From Escherichia virus TH32: a stretch of 64,000 bases of DNA. Positions 36,785-46,303 of this stretch are shown here, piece by piece (positions within the stretch are counted from its first letter, which is position 1; each line of letters opens with the position of its first letter). The stretch lies in the sequence record MT446405.1. One strand, 5' to 3'. The notes under the pieces are model-generated. The model was given only the letters and a program-made list of their open reading frames with translations. It was not told the origin of the DNA and made no database searches. The translations under genes were made by a program, and so were the position numbers.

Positions 36785-36920
36785 TTAATCCTCCTGATAC
36801 GGCTTTGTTATATTGTTGCATGGATATATCCTTTCAGGGTGCGGTAAATAAACGCCAGAAATCTGGCGTTGTATATTAATATAGTAAAACTCAATTTAAA
36901 GCAATATAACTGGTGAACTA

Positions 36921-37211
36921 TCAGCAAGGAAATTGGTTGGCGTATGCCTTTCTCAATTTGTTTACTGATTGAACAGCATGAAGGTATTGGCAATCGGTGA
37001 AGATGCGGCGCAAATGATCCATAGAAGACAGGTCATCGTTAGTAACCACCAGAATCTCTTCCGAAGGACAGCCAGCCTCTTTGACAATCTCATTGAGATT
37101 TGCGCCACTAATTTCTTCAACACGTTTCACCTCATCGATACCGTAAACATCAACGGCAACTTCGATGTCGTCATCGCTGATATTTTCACCATAAAGAATT
37201 ACAATATTCAT
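36921..37211 (-). CDS. Hypothetical protein
   Basis: 96-aa acidic ORF. Confidence 0.35.
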   Translation of the reverse strand: MNIVILYGENISDDDIEVAVDVYGIDEVKRVEEISGANLNEIVKEAGCPSEEILVVTNDDLSSMDHLRRIFTDCQYLHAVQSVNKLRKAYANQFPC

Positions 37212-37330
37212 CCACTCACCCCTGCCAAATAATATGCCATATCCAATACATATAATAGCCCCAGGATGATGACAAGGGAAATGATTAATGTGTATTTCTT
37301 TACGGCTTTCATAAGTATCTATACCTAAAT

Positions 37331-37594
37331 TTACTGTTGAGGATCACCAATGGAGTCTGTTGCATCCCATTCAACGCGTGCTGTGCGTTCTGCTGGTGGG
37401 CAACCTTCGCCAGCGTAAAGCTCCACAACACCTTCATGAGAGCAGCACTGGCACTCTACAAGGTCGCCATCTTCCCAGGCACCTTCCTCCGCGTTGCGAT
37501 GTTGCCGCACCTTGATAACATCGCTCGCACAGTTAGGACAAGTCGAGAGATTGCTGGTAACGTTCCAGATGAACTCGTTACGGAAAGCACCCAT
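37331..37594 (-). CDS. Zinc-ribbon protein
   Basis: CPNC ... CQCCSHEG ... GCPP Cys pattern; start at the internal Met with AGAGG RBS. The antisense plus-strand ORF 37337..37651 was rejected. Confidence 0.4.
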   Translation of the reverse strand: MGAFRNEFIWNVTSNLSTCPNCASDVIKVRQHRNAEEGAWEDGDLVECQCCSHEGVVELYAGEGCPPAERTARVEWDATDSIGDPQQ

Positions 37595-37595
37595 G

Positions 37596-37886
37596 CTACA
37601 CCTCTTGATCTCTTTGCTGTTGAATCGCGGCTGAAGCTTCGTCAAAATTGACTGGCTCAACGGTGAACGTTGCACTGACTGTAAGGTCTTTAATAGTCAG
37701 CAGCGTGTTGAATCGCTCGGCCTGAAGATTCATAGCTACATGCGTGGATACGTTAAGGATTGCACCAACAACTTCCTCCACTGCGTAGCCTGCAAACAAG
37801 GGGAGAATCTGGTTGACAAGCTTAAGCTCGTTTTCAACACGAAGCTTTTGTGCTTCTTCAACGGTCATCATTTTTGGTTCGTTCAT
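37596..37886 (-). CDS. Hypothetical protein
   Basis: 96-aa ORF. Confidence 0.4.
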   Translation of the reverse strand: MNEPKMMTVEEAQKLRVENELKLVNQILPLFAGYAVEEVVGAILNVSTHVAMNLQAERFNTLLTIKDLTVSATFTVEPVNFDEASAAIQQQRDQEV

Positions 37887-37888
37887 CT

Positions 37889-38035
37889 TTATTCCTTAAC
37901 AAATTCAGAGTAGTGTTTGGCCGCAGCCGCTTGATGGTGAGCCATGACTCCTTGAAGGGTCGGAAGCTCTGCTGGTTTAGGTTCTAACGACTTTAACAGA
38001 CATTCAACCTCGATGTTCAATTCTTCGCTTTGCAT
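37889..38035 (-). CDS. Small protein (48 aa)
   Basis: GAGGTGATTC RBS; MQSEELNIEVECLLKSLEPKPAELPTLQGVMAHHQAAAAKHYSEFVKE; stop 2 nt before the next start. Confidence 0.3.
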   Translation of the reverse strand: MQSEELNIEVECLLKSLEPKPAELPTLQGVMAHHQAAAAKHYSEFVKE

Positions 38036-38093
38036 GAATCACCTCTGCTTCAGTTCATAAAATGATTATAGTTGCTATGAAAATAAAAGCAAA

Positions 38094-39176
38094 CTATTTT
38101 ATGCCACCTGCACGACGATTTATCATGTCAAGTTGATTCTCAATATAAGGCATGACGATTGCTTCAACAAAAGCAGTCCAACCTTTCTTGCCTTCCCCTT
38201 TCCGGTGACAGTCGTGGGCGCAACCGAACACAAACTCATGTTCTGCACCAGGGATAGGGCCGCGAAAGTAAGCGCCATACGGGTCGCCGTTGGTGTGTTC
38301 TTCACCCCAAGGACAGATTATGCGGCACTTGCCTGACATATTCTCGATGACGTCGCCATCAGACCCTTCACCCATCTTGTTGCGCGCTAGAATTTGCTGG
38401 GCTATTTTATACCAAACAGCATCATACTTGTATTCATCGACGTCAATTTGAATCTCACGCTTTTGCGGCATGACGACGTGAAAGCCAAATGCCTGACAAA
38501 TGTCTTCGATGGTGTAGCGCAAGGAGTAGTCTGCATGGACAAGTCGGCAGCGGAACGGGTTGCCGTTCTCATCGACATATTTATAGGGGCCGTCGTGAGT
38601 CACACGCTTGTTGTTGATGCACCCAGGAACACGGCCCACGCGCGTTACGTCTTTAATCGTGTTGTCGCCGCCCTTCTTGAGTACCATGTTTACGAAAGAC
38701 CCAAGGAATGCTTTGAACTGAATAAGATGGTCAATCGGTTCTTTAAAGAAGTACCAAAGCTGGTGGTTGTTCGGTGAAGTCTCGACGATGACAGTCGGCT
38801 TCAGTCGCTCAAAAAAGAATTCCAAATCTAAATCGCCTTTGGACCCTTTACCGTGACCGATGTCGTCGACCATCATCGCCATGCCGTGACCAAAGGCCGA
38901 CTCTGTACGCCAGTATCGCATCTCACCCGTCTTTGGGTTGGGAGACTTACGCATTGAACTGATGCACGCATAGCCGTTTTGGTGCTGCATGAGCGGCTTG
39001 CCCAGCTTCCAAGGCTTAGGCCAAAAGCTACTGTTAATCTTCTTGCCGCGCTCATCGGTCTGCACCGTTGCTTCAGGCGCAAACACCGTCATGACGCGTT
39101 CATCTTCTGGAATGCCTCTTTGGAGTTCTGTTAAAAACTCTTCGATTATTTTTGCTTCTTCTCTTAAACTAGCCAT
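38094..39176 (-). CDS. Primase-polymerase (prim-pol)-like replication initiation protein
   Basis: 360 aa; acidic catalytic-looking blocks MMVDDIGHG and PTVIVETSPNNHQLWYFF plus a C-terminal Cys/His cluster (CPWGEEH ... CAHDCH); first gene of the minus-strand early operon. Confidence 0.45.
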   Translation of the reverse strand: MASLREEAKIIEEFLTELQRGIPEDERVMTVFAPEATVQTDERGKKINSSFWPKPWKLGKPLMQHQNGYACISSMRKSPNPKTGEMRYWRTESAFGHGMAMMVDDIGHGKGSKGDLDLEFFFERLKPTVIVETSPNNHQLWYFFKEPIDHLIQFKAFLGSFVNMVLKKGGDNTIKDVTRVGRVPGCINNKRVTHDGPYKYVDENGNPFRCRLVHADYSLRYTIEDICQAFGFHVVMPQKREIQIDVDEYKYDAVWYKIAQQILARNKMGEGSDGDVIENMSGKCRIICPWGEEHTNGDPYGAYFRGPIPGAEHEFVFGCAHDCHRKGEGKKGWTAFVEAIVMPYIENQLDMINRRAGGIK

Positions 39177-39336
39177 CTTTCTTTCCTTCGGTGATCAATA
39201 CCTGCAGTATAATATTGAGTGATACAAAGTCAACAATATTTACCATTTAGTTCACAATTTCGATTTACTTTGCTTTATACTATATCTGCAATTATACTAT
39301 CAGAAAATATTTCCGCACTAACAAAGGTCGCCTGAA

Positions 39337-39663
39337 ATGAACGAAAAAGATACGAAGCAACGCGAACGTGCAACACACGTCGGCATCGTTGAGTCCTTCC
39401 TTAATACCCGAATGAACTCAAGCCTAACAATCATGCGATTCCTGGGTCAACCAGACAGAATCAAATTTATTTTTGCCGCAAATCCGGTATCGCTGTACAT
39501 CCCTGTTGAATCCATGGCGTACTTAGTGCGCGACGAGAAAGGATGGAAGATACCAAACACAACTGTTTTCTTCAGCCATGTTGATGGTGAGATGTTTGAA
39601 CGAAAAGAAGATTGCCATTTTATTCCAGTATATCTGGACCTTGACAGCGTAGTGGAGTTATAA
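39337..39663 (+). CDS. Hypothetical protein
   Basis: 108-aa ORF, first gene of the plus-strand replication block. Confidence 0.45.
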   Translation: MNEKDTKQRERATHVGIVESFLNTRMNSSLTIMRFLGQPDRIKFIFAANPVSLYIPVESMAYLVRDEKGWKIPNTTVFFSHVDGEMFERKEDCHFIPVYLDLDSVVEL

Positions 39664-40847
39664 TGAACATTCCAGAATTTAATGATGAGCCAGTGATTCA
39701 GTTTAACGCGCAACAAATCGATGCCATCGAGAAGGCCGTTGCATGGTACAAGCGATTGCAGGACGGTAAAACGACGAAGCGTGTGTTTTTCATTGCTGGC
39801 TATGCAGGGACTGGTAAAACTTCTATTGCTCGCGAGATTGTGCGCCGCTGTGTCGGTGAGTACGGAGCTATCTATATTGCGCCGACCGGAAAGGCTGCAA
39901 GCCGATTAAAGCAAAAAGGCTGTCGTGGCGCTAAGACCCTTCACCAGTTCATCTATAACGTGCGCGGCGTAAATGACGACAATGAGCCAATCTTTTCGAG
40001 GAAGTCAAAGCTGGATGAAAGGCCGCACCTTGTTGTCCTCGATGAAGCGTCGATGGTTGGCGAGTGGGACACAGAGCGCCTTCTTGATCACCGCATCCCT
40101 GTGCTGGCATTAGGCGACATTGGACAAGTCCCTCCGGTAAAAGCCGCCGCCTACTTTACTGAAGATGCCGTTGACGTGCTGTTAACCGAAATCATGCGGC
40201 AAGGGAAAGAGTCCAATATAATCCGCGCCTCCTTCTTCGTGCGCCAAGGCAACCGCCTTCCTCCGCGTGAATACGATGACGTCAAAGTATTGGCAGAATC
40301 GCCGCGCGTTACTGCATTGAAGAAATTCATGGGCGAAGATGATCAAATTATTTGCTCCTATAATAGCACCAAAGATAAATGGAATTCATTATTACGGCAA
40401 GTGAGCGGACGTATAACGCCAATGCCAGGAATCGGCGAGAAAGTTATTTGCACCTTCAACCAGCACGGGCCAGGATTCTGTAATGGCGAGCAAGGGATTG
40501 TTATTAGCTATGAACCAGTGCCGGACTTTGAAAGGGATGAAGACGAGTCGAATGAAATAATGTATGTCAACTTGCGTTCATTAACTGATGGTAAAGATAT
40601 AAAGGTGAAGATCAATCCTCTTTCCTTCTCTACTGATCAGGAAGTGCGCAAAGAAGCGCAACGCGCTGTTGGCGGGATGGACTATGGCTATGTAATCACG
40701 GTGCACAAATCGCAAGGCAGCGAGTGGGACAATGTGTGCGTGCTGGAAGAAATCTTGCGCGGCGTTCCGTACTCCAAGATGATGTACACCGCAATCACCC
40801 GCGCTAAGAAGAATCTGACCGTGTACCGTGATTTGAAAGCGCGTTAA
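39663..40847 (+). CDS. Dda/RecD-like SF1 DNA helicase
   Basis: Walker A GYAGTGKTS, Walker B LVVLDEASMV, motif VI VITVHKSQGSEWD. Confidence 0.7.
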   Translation: MNIPEFNDEPVIQFNAQQIDAIEKAVAWYKRLQDGKTTKRVFFIAGYAGTGKTSIAREIVRRCVGEYGAIYIAPTGKAASRLKQKGCRGAKTLHQFIYNVRGVNDDNEPIFSRKSKLDERPHLVVLDEASMVGEWDTERLLDHRIPVLALGDIGQVPPVKAAAYFTEDAVDVLLTEIMRQGKESNIIRASFFVRQGNRLPPREYDDVKVLAESPRVTALKKFMGEDDQIICSYNSTKDKWNSLLRQVSGRITPMPGIGEKVICTFNQHGPGFCNGEQGIVISYEPVPDFERDEDESNEIMYVNLRSLTDGKDIKVKINPLSFSTDQEVRKEAQRAVGGMDYGYVITVHKSQGSEWDNVCVLEEILRGVPYSKMMYTAITRAKKNLTVYRDLKAR

Positions 40848-41001
40848 TGTTGACGTAAATTTACGAAAAATAAAACTGAAAATCAGTTTAATTAAAGTGG
40901 CATTGCCGCCATAGTTTTTAGTTGCTACTGGCGGCGACTGAAGGCATAATTAAGTTATCCCAAACGGGGGAATATAAAATAAACTAATTTATTTAAGGAC
41001 T

Positions 41002-41847
41002 GTGAACATGGCCGAAGCAATCAAAGTATTATCTAAAGAAGAAAAACAAGCAGCTGCAGCAGAACGTCGTCGCGTGGCTGAAGAGAAACGCCTGGCTAAA
41101 AAGAAAGAAGCCGAAGAAAAACGCCAGAAGCGTGAGCAGGAAAAACAAGCCAAGCGTGAAGAAGCTGCGCTGAAACGCAAGCAGGCTGCTGATGAGAAGG
41201 CTCAGAAGCGTGCTGAAGAAGCGGCTAAGAAAGCTAAAGAGCGTGCAGAAAAGGCTGCTGCTAAGAAAGCAGAGCGTGAAGCCGCTAAAGCAGCAAAAGA
41301 AATCGAAAAGGCAAAGGCTAAAGAAGAAGCCAAGCGCCTGAAAGCTGAACAAGCTGCTGCTAAGAAAGCAGAGCGTGATCAAGCCCGTGCTGCAGCGAAG
41401 GCCGAAAAAGAAAAGGCCAAAGAAGAAGCTAAAGCGAAACGCAAGGCAGAGCGTGAAGCTGCTAAGATTGCGGCGAAAGAAGCTGCAGAACAGCAGAAAG
41501 AACAGCGCAAGAAAGAAGCTGAAGAGCGTCGCAAAGCGATTGCAGAGCGTAAAGCCGCCAAGAAAGCTAACGGTCAGCGTCGCGCTAAAGCAACTCACTT
41601 TGTTTACACCGGAAACGGCCTGAGCCAGCCGCAAGAGCATTCCACCCGTGGACGCGTTCTGGCGGCGATCAAAGAAGGCGAAATCGGTCAGCCGCAGTCT
41701 ATCGACGAGCTGGGTGAAAAAGTTAAAGATCAGCTGTTTGGCGCTTCCGTTCGCTCTTACCTGAGCAAGCTGGAAGAGATGGGCCACATCGAGTTCATCG
41801 ATGTTGAATCCAATGACGATGCCGAAGACGGTGATCAAGCGGAATAA
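41002..41847 (+). CDS. Lys/Ala/Glu-rich repeat protein (histone H1/TolA-like low complexity) with structured C-terminal domain
   Basis: About 190 aa of KAEREAAK/KEEAK repeats followed by a non-repetitive C-terminal ~90 aa; followed by a strong terminator. Confidence 0.5.
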   Translation: MNMAEAIKVLSKEEKQAAAAERRRVAEEKRLAKKKEAEEKRQKREQEKQAKREEAALKRKQAADEKAQKRAEEAAKKAKERAEKAAAKKAEREAAKAAKEIEKAKAKEEAKRLKAEQAAAKKAERDQARAAAKAEKEKAKEEAKAKRKAEREAAKIAAKEAAEQQKEQRKKEAEERRKAIAERKAAKKANGQRRAKATHFVYTGNGLSQPQEHSTRGRVLAAIKEGEIGQPQSIDELGEKVKDQLFGASVRSYLSKLEEMGHIEFIDVESNDDAEDGDQAE

Positions 41848-41875
41848 CCTGTAGGACGGTTATGTAGCGGTAATT

Positions 41876-41903
41876 GACCCACACTTGTTGTGGGTCTTTT
41901 TTC
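41876..41903 (+). terminator. Intrinsic terminator
   Basis: gacccaca-cttg-ttgtgggtc hairpin followed by tttttt. Confidence 0.65.
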
Positions 41904-41981
41904 GTCTGTACTAAATAAAAATGACTTGTTGCTGTAAGATAATTTAGCTATTATACTTCTCATATCACCCACAAAGGACAA

Positions 41982-42977
41982 ATGAACATGAAACAACCTG
42001 TAATGATTATCGGCGGCGGACTGGCAGGACTTATCACCGCTTGCCACTTCCCAAACTCCATTGTGTACGAAGCAGGGGAACGAGCGCCACAGCACAAGGC
42101 GCTACTACGCTTTCGCGGCGAAGAAGTAAGCCGTATTACCGGAATCCCTTTTAAGGCCGTGACAGTTGACAAGGCTGTGTATTTTCGCGGCAACTACTAC
42201 CACGACCATTGCCCAATCAACCTTGCCAATATGTATTCCATGAAGGTCACCAATCAGTTTGGCAGCCGTTCAATCATGAAGCTTAAAACTGCAACGCGTT
42301 ATATTGCGCCTGATGACTTTTATGATCAACTTGTCGATAAGCTTGGCGACCGTATATTCTTCAATACTCCGGTCGACACCCTCTGCGGCTATAGCGAGAC
42401 GCCAATCATCAATACATCGCCGCTGCCCGTCATGATGAAGCTTGCTGGTATTGATCAAAAGCTCGACTTCTCGTTTGATAAGGCAAATATACGCGTTTAT
42501 CGTTTTAAGATTAAGCGCAAGTGTGAACTGTATCAAACAATTTACTTCCCTGACTATTCTGTAAGGACTTACCGCGCATCAATTACTGGTGACACGCTGA
42601 TTATCGAAACAATTCCATTGGTAAGCGTCAGCGCGGCAGCAGTTGAAGCCGCTGGCGGCATTACCCGTTATCGCGACATGAAGTTGCGTGCAGAAGTGGA
42701 CGAAGTTCTGACCGCTTTTGGTCTTTCATGGAATGACATCTCTTTGGAAGAAGTTGAAAAGGTTGACCAGAAGTATGGCAAGATTGTCGACATTCCTAAA
42801 GACTTGCGCCACGCCTTACTGCTCCAGCTGACCATGGATTTGAACGTATTTAGTGTCGGTCGCTTTGCTACTTGGCGAAACATTTTGCTTGATGACGTTG
42901 CTCATGACCTTGTTGAAGTTGAAAAACTCATCAAAGCAAATAACTATCAAAAATTTGCTTATATTGCTAATAAATAA
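41982..42977 (+). CDS. FAD/NAD(P)-binding oxidoreductase
   Basis: N-terminal Rossmann dinucleotide-binding motif VMIIGGGLAGLITACHF ... YEAGER. Confidence 0.5.
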   Translation: MNMKQPVMIIGGGLAGLITACHFPNSIVYEAGERAPQHKALLRFRGEEVSRITGIPFKAVTVDKAVYFRGNYYHDHCPINLANMYSMKVTNQFGSRSIMKLKTATRYIAPDDFYDQLVDKLGDRIFFNTPVDTLCGYSETPIINTSPLPVMMKLAGIDQKLDFSFDKANIRVYRFKIKRKCELYQTIYFPDYSVRTYRASITGDTLIIETIPLVSVSAAAVEAAGGITRYRDMKLRAEVDEVLTAFGLSWNDISLEEVEKVDQKYGKIVDIPKDLRHALLLQLTMDLNVFSVGRFATWRNILLDDVAHDLVEVEKLIKANNYQKFAYIANK

Positions 42978-43042
42978 TTTGCTTTCTGCTTCAATGGGCG
43001 TATACTTTAATCATTGAAGCAGAACTCATAGAGGAAACGAAA

Positions 43043-43489
43043 ATGAAACGAATCACTGGAATCGCGCTTGCCGCGACTGCTATTCTCGGAACCATGTATA
43101 TGGAAGCGACTGAAGCCGCTGTCCGTACTTCCGATTCAATCGCCGTGTATGATTGCGAAGCGATGGACGGTAAAACCGCAGCAACCACTGGCGCAACTAT
43201 CACAGCTTACATCGGCGTGAACGAGCAAGAAGGTTTGAACATTCAGATTCAAGGATTCACAGGGAAAGGTGCCAACCGTACTCCGTGGATGCAACGTTTC
43301 ACTTTCGTTCAGCCTCGTTCAACTGGCGGCTTCATCAACCTCATTGGTGAAAACCGTTCTGGTGCAGAAATCTTTACATCAATGAGTTCTAATGATGAAC
43401 CAAAGAAAAGTTTTCAGTTGCTTTATAACGCACAATTCGTTTATCATTGCACCTTCTCTGGTGATCAGCAACTAGTGAATTACCGTTAA
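43043..43489 (+). CDS. Predicted secreted protein
   Basis: N-terminal signal-like segment MKRITGIALAATAILGTMYMEA; GAGGAAACGAAA RBS. Confidence 0.4.
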   Translation: MKRITGIALAATAILGTMYMEATEAAVRTSDSIAVYDCEAMDGKTAATTGATITAYIGVNEQEGLNIQIQGFTGKGANRTPWMQRFTFVQPRSTGGFINLIGENRSGAEIFTSMSSNDEPKKSFQLLYNAQFVYHCTFSGDQQLVNYR

Positions 43490-43502
43490 TAGGATAATTA
43501 AA

Positions 43503-44333
43503 ATGAAAGTTGAATTAATTCGATACACCCAAAATGCACTTGACCTTTTGCTGGAAACAAAGAACACGCGCATGACTGGCAAGCCCGTCTCTGAGATGAC
43601 AGAATCAGAGAAGCAAGAGCACTGGCGCTACATGCTTGACACCATCAAGTCACCTTTCGACTTTGTTGACTATATCTTTGACATCACTGATGTATCAAAG
43701 AATATGACTCATCAAATGGTGCGCACACGAACAGGTGCATATCAAGAACGAACAAGCCGCGCTCAGGAGTCTTCTGCCTTTGATGCGATTCGTCCGAAGG
43801 CATTTTCACACCAAAATCCAGAGTTGATTGATCACTGTGAAGCATTTGGAACTGATGAAGAGCAACAATCTTTACTTCAAAAGCAATACTTAGCAGAGAA
43901 GTGGGATGACGCAATGGCGACTATCGATGCTTTGTATCAAGAACTTCGCGCGGCTGGCGCAGAGATTCAAGATGCACGTGCCGTGTTGCCTTCTAATATG
44001 CAAACGCATATCATGGCAAAGTTCAACTTGCGCACCCTGCAGCAAATGGCCTCTAACCGCTTGTGCACGCGCACTCAAGGCGAGTATCAAGAAGTATTCC
44101 GTGCAATGGTTGCGGAAGTCCTTAAGGTGCACCCGTGGGCTAATCCTTTACTACAGCCGCAGTGCATCGGTATGGGTAAGTGCGCATTTCCTCGTCACGG
44201 TAAGGCCCATTGCCCTTGGTATCGTGATTGGATGGATACCACGGCACAGCAAGAAGAGTTGCGCATCCAGTTTTGGAGTGCAATGCCAATCACCAACAAT
44301 CCAGTTGCTAAAGATGGAGTATCAAAAGGATGA
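43503..44333 (+). CDS. ThyX-like (flavin-dependent thymidylate synthase family) candidate
   Basis: RTR-x8-S segment (VRTRTGAYQERTSRAQESS) resembling the ThyX RHR-x7-S signature and a downstream LRTLQQMASNRLCTRTQGEYQ block; divergent, so tentative. Confidence 0.4.
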   Translation: MKVELIRYTQNALDLLLETKNTRMTGKPVSEMTESEKQEHWRYMLDTIKSPFDFVDYIFDITDVSKNMTHQMVRTRTGAYQERTSRAQESSAFDAIRPKAFSHQNPELIDHCEAFGTDEEQQSLLQKQYLAEKWDDAMATIDALYQELRAAGAEIQDARAVLPSNMQTHIMAKFNLRTLQQMASNRLCTRTQGEYQEVFRAMVAEVLKVHPWANPLLQPQCIGMGKCAFPRHGKAHCPWYRDWMDTTAQQEELRIQFWSAMPITNNPVAKDGVSKG

Positions 44334-45202
44334 GCATTAAAAACAGCGAAATCTTAAACGTATTCGACCTTGACGGAACGCTGTTTGATGACCGTTGGCG
44401 CTTAGACCGCATCAAGGTGGCAGGTCCGTTGTCAGACTATGATGACTATCACAGCGGTATTGGTTATGATCAGTTCTATCCTCACATTGCATCAGCAGTA
44501 GAGGCTGCATCTCTTCGCGGTGAGGCGGTTGAATATTGGACTGCAAGACCAGAAAAATACAGACAAGTGACTTTTGAGCGTCTGGACAATGTTTTCCCTT
44601 TTGATGAATTTACAATCAAGATGAGAGACTCTGGCGACAAACGTCCATCAACTATTATGAAATCTGCATGGCTATCGCACGCTTTGCGGCACGGCGATTA
44701 TCGAATCATCAATGTATTCGACGACCGACAAGACGTACTCGCGCGGATGCAAGATGAAGCATTGTATTATAACTCCGTTGCTCAAAATAAAATCGCTTTT
44801 ACATTTAATCTTTGCAAAGCAGGTGAAGTGGTGCAACAATTAGCAATTGATCCAAGCGCAACAGGGCAAGAAGATACTAAGGCTGTGGAAGTTGAACAAT
44901 CTCCGGCAACTGCCGCCGATATTCTTGATGCGATGGCCGCGACCTTCCGTGAGCGCAACGCCGTTTATGGCGATAACGCTGTGATGGTGGGCCAGGTGAT
45001 GCAAGTTCTCTTCCCTAATGGCGTCACGTTGAAAACGCCGGAAGACTACCACATGTGGCACCTCTTCGAGCTTAAGATTGTCAAGCTTACACGCTTCGCA
45101 ATCAGCGGCCTGAAGCACGAAGACTCTATACACGATGATGGTGTTTACAGCGCCATGTGTGAACGTCTTGTGAACACCCATAATATTAATTTCAATAAAT
45201 AG
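44330..45202 (+). CDS. HAD-superfamily phosphatase-domain protein with C-terminal domain of unknown function
   Basis: HAD motif I FDLDGTLFDD at the N-terminus, FDDRQD-type motif later; C-terminal ~140 aa unassigned. Confidence 0.5.
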   Translation: MSIKNSEILNVFDLDGTLFDDRWRLDRIKVAGPLSDYDDYHSGIGYDQFYPHIASAVEAASLRGEAVEYWTARPEKYRQVTFERLDNVFPFDEFTIKMRDSGDKRPSTIMKSAWLSHALRHGDYRIINVFDDRQDVLARMQDEALYYNSVAQNKIAFTFNLCKAGEVVQQLAIDPSATGQEDTKAVEVEQSPATAADILDAMAATFRERNAVYGDNAVMVGQVMQVLFPNGVTLKTPEDYHMWHLFELKIVKLTRFAISGLKHEDSIHDDGVYSAMCERLVNTHNINFNK

Positions 45203-45267
45203 TTTACTTGTGCGTTTCGATGAGTTATATTTATCTCATCGAAACGAAGTCCAAAAAGGATAAATAA

Positions 45268-45951
45268 ATGAAAAAGGTAATTGTTGTAACAGGTGCCAAT
45301 TCCGGTCTTGGTAAATCTATTTTTGACACCCTTGGCGCTTACGGTCACGAAGTCGTCGGAATCGATTTAGAGAACGGCTATGACATTCGTAACGCAAAAC
45401 AGATGAAAGAACTTCTTAGCGGTTACGACGTAGAAGGCTTGATCAACTGTGCTGGCGTAAACTCTAACAACTGGTTTGAAGACGTCGATTATGAAGAGTT
45501 TAATCGCGTTATGCATACTAACGCATTCTCTTTCGTCAACACAACACAGGCTGCGTTGAAAAGTCTTGTCGATAATAAAGGCTTTGTTATTAACATTGTC
45601 TCTAACGCCGCGCATATTCCTATGACGTCCAGTTTGTGCTATAATGCATCCAAGGCCGCTGCGCTTATGATCACTAAGCAGATGGCGCACGAGCTTACGC
45701 CTAAATACGGTATTACGGTATTCTCTATTAGTCCGAACAAGTTGCGCGGCACTGGCATGTCTAAACAGATTGAAGATGCTGTTTGTGCAACTCGCGGGTG
45801 GACCCCTGAGTATGCCGCTGAATACCAGAAAAAGGCATTGATGAACGGATTGGAGACTGAGCCGCAAGTAATTGCTGACTTCATTCGCCATATCTTAATT
45901 ACGGGCGCATGGCGCTTTATGTCTGGTACTGATATTCCATTTGGGAAATAA
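45268..45951 (+). CDS. Short-chain dehydrogenase/reductase (SDR)
   Basis: TGANSGLGK cofactor-binding motif and YNASK catalytic motif. Confidence 0.65.
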   Translation: MKKVIVVTGANSGLGKSIFDTLGAYGHEVVGIDLENGYDIRNAKQMKELLSGYDVEGLINCAGVNSNNWFEDVDYEEFNRVMHTNAFSFVNTTQAALKSLVDNKGFVINIVSNAAHIPMTSSLCYNASKAAALMITKQMAHELTPKYGITVFSISPNKLRGTGMSKQIEDAVCATRGWTPEYAAEYQKKALMNGLETEPQVIADFIRHILITGAWRFMSGTDIPFGK

Positions 45952-45954
45952 ATC

Positions 45955-46170
45955 ATGAACAAAGCCTGGTTAGCGGTGATTGGTCTGGTCCTTCTGGTTG
46001 TATTGGGATACACTATCAAATTTGAAGTTCCAAATCCTGCTGAGCCTGACAAAAAGATTGTCGTTGAAGTACCAGGCGCGAAAGGGGAATTACCAAAACC
46101 TAAATTCGAAGTGGTAACGCCTGCGCCTGAAAAACCGCAGGACTCTGATAACACCGTAATCAATAAGTGA
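45955..46170 (+). CDS. Small membrane protein
   Basis: 71 aa; N-terminal TM AWLAVIGLVLLVVLGYTI. Confidence 0.35.
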   Translation: MNKAWLAVIGLVLLVVLGYTIKFEVPNPAEPDKKIVVEVPGAKGELPKPKFEVVTPAPEKPQDSDNTVINK

Positions 46171-46303
46171 GATTATGGAAGAAGAATTTAACATCCCTGG
46201 TCTGGATGAAGAAAAAGACTATGCTGCTGAAGTAGTCAGCAAAGAAGAAACTCATGAAGCCGACAACGTTTGCGGCGATGCTTGTAAAATCTAAGGAAAC
46301 AAA

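Noticed and set aside
37337-37651. Plus-strand 104-aa ORF
   Set aside because: The overlapping minus-strand frame encodes a Cys-rich zinc-ribbon pattern with an RBS and fits the operon orientation.
41029-41838. 269-aa minus-strand ORF and several other ORFs antisense to or nested within the Lys/Ala/Glu-rich gene
   Set aside because: Artefacts of the low-complexity GC-rich repeat; their translations are Phe/Leu/Ser-rich nonsense, and the region ends in a plus-strand terminator.
45639-46163. 174-aa minus-strand ORFs antisense to the SDR gene and the small membrane gene
   Set aside because: The plus-strand SDR has clear cofactor-binding and catalytic motifs; the antisense frames lack RBSs.
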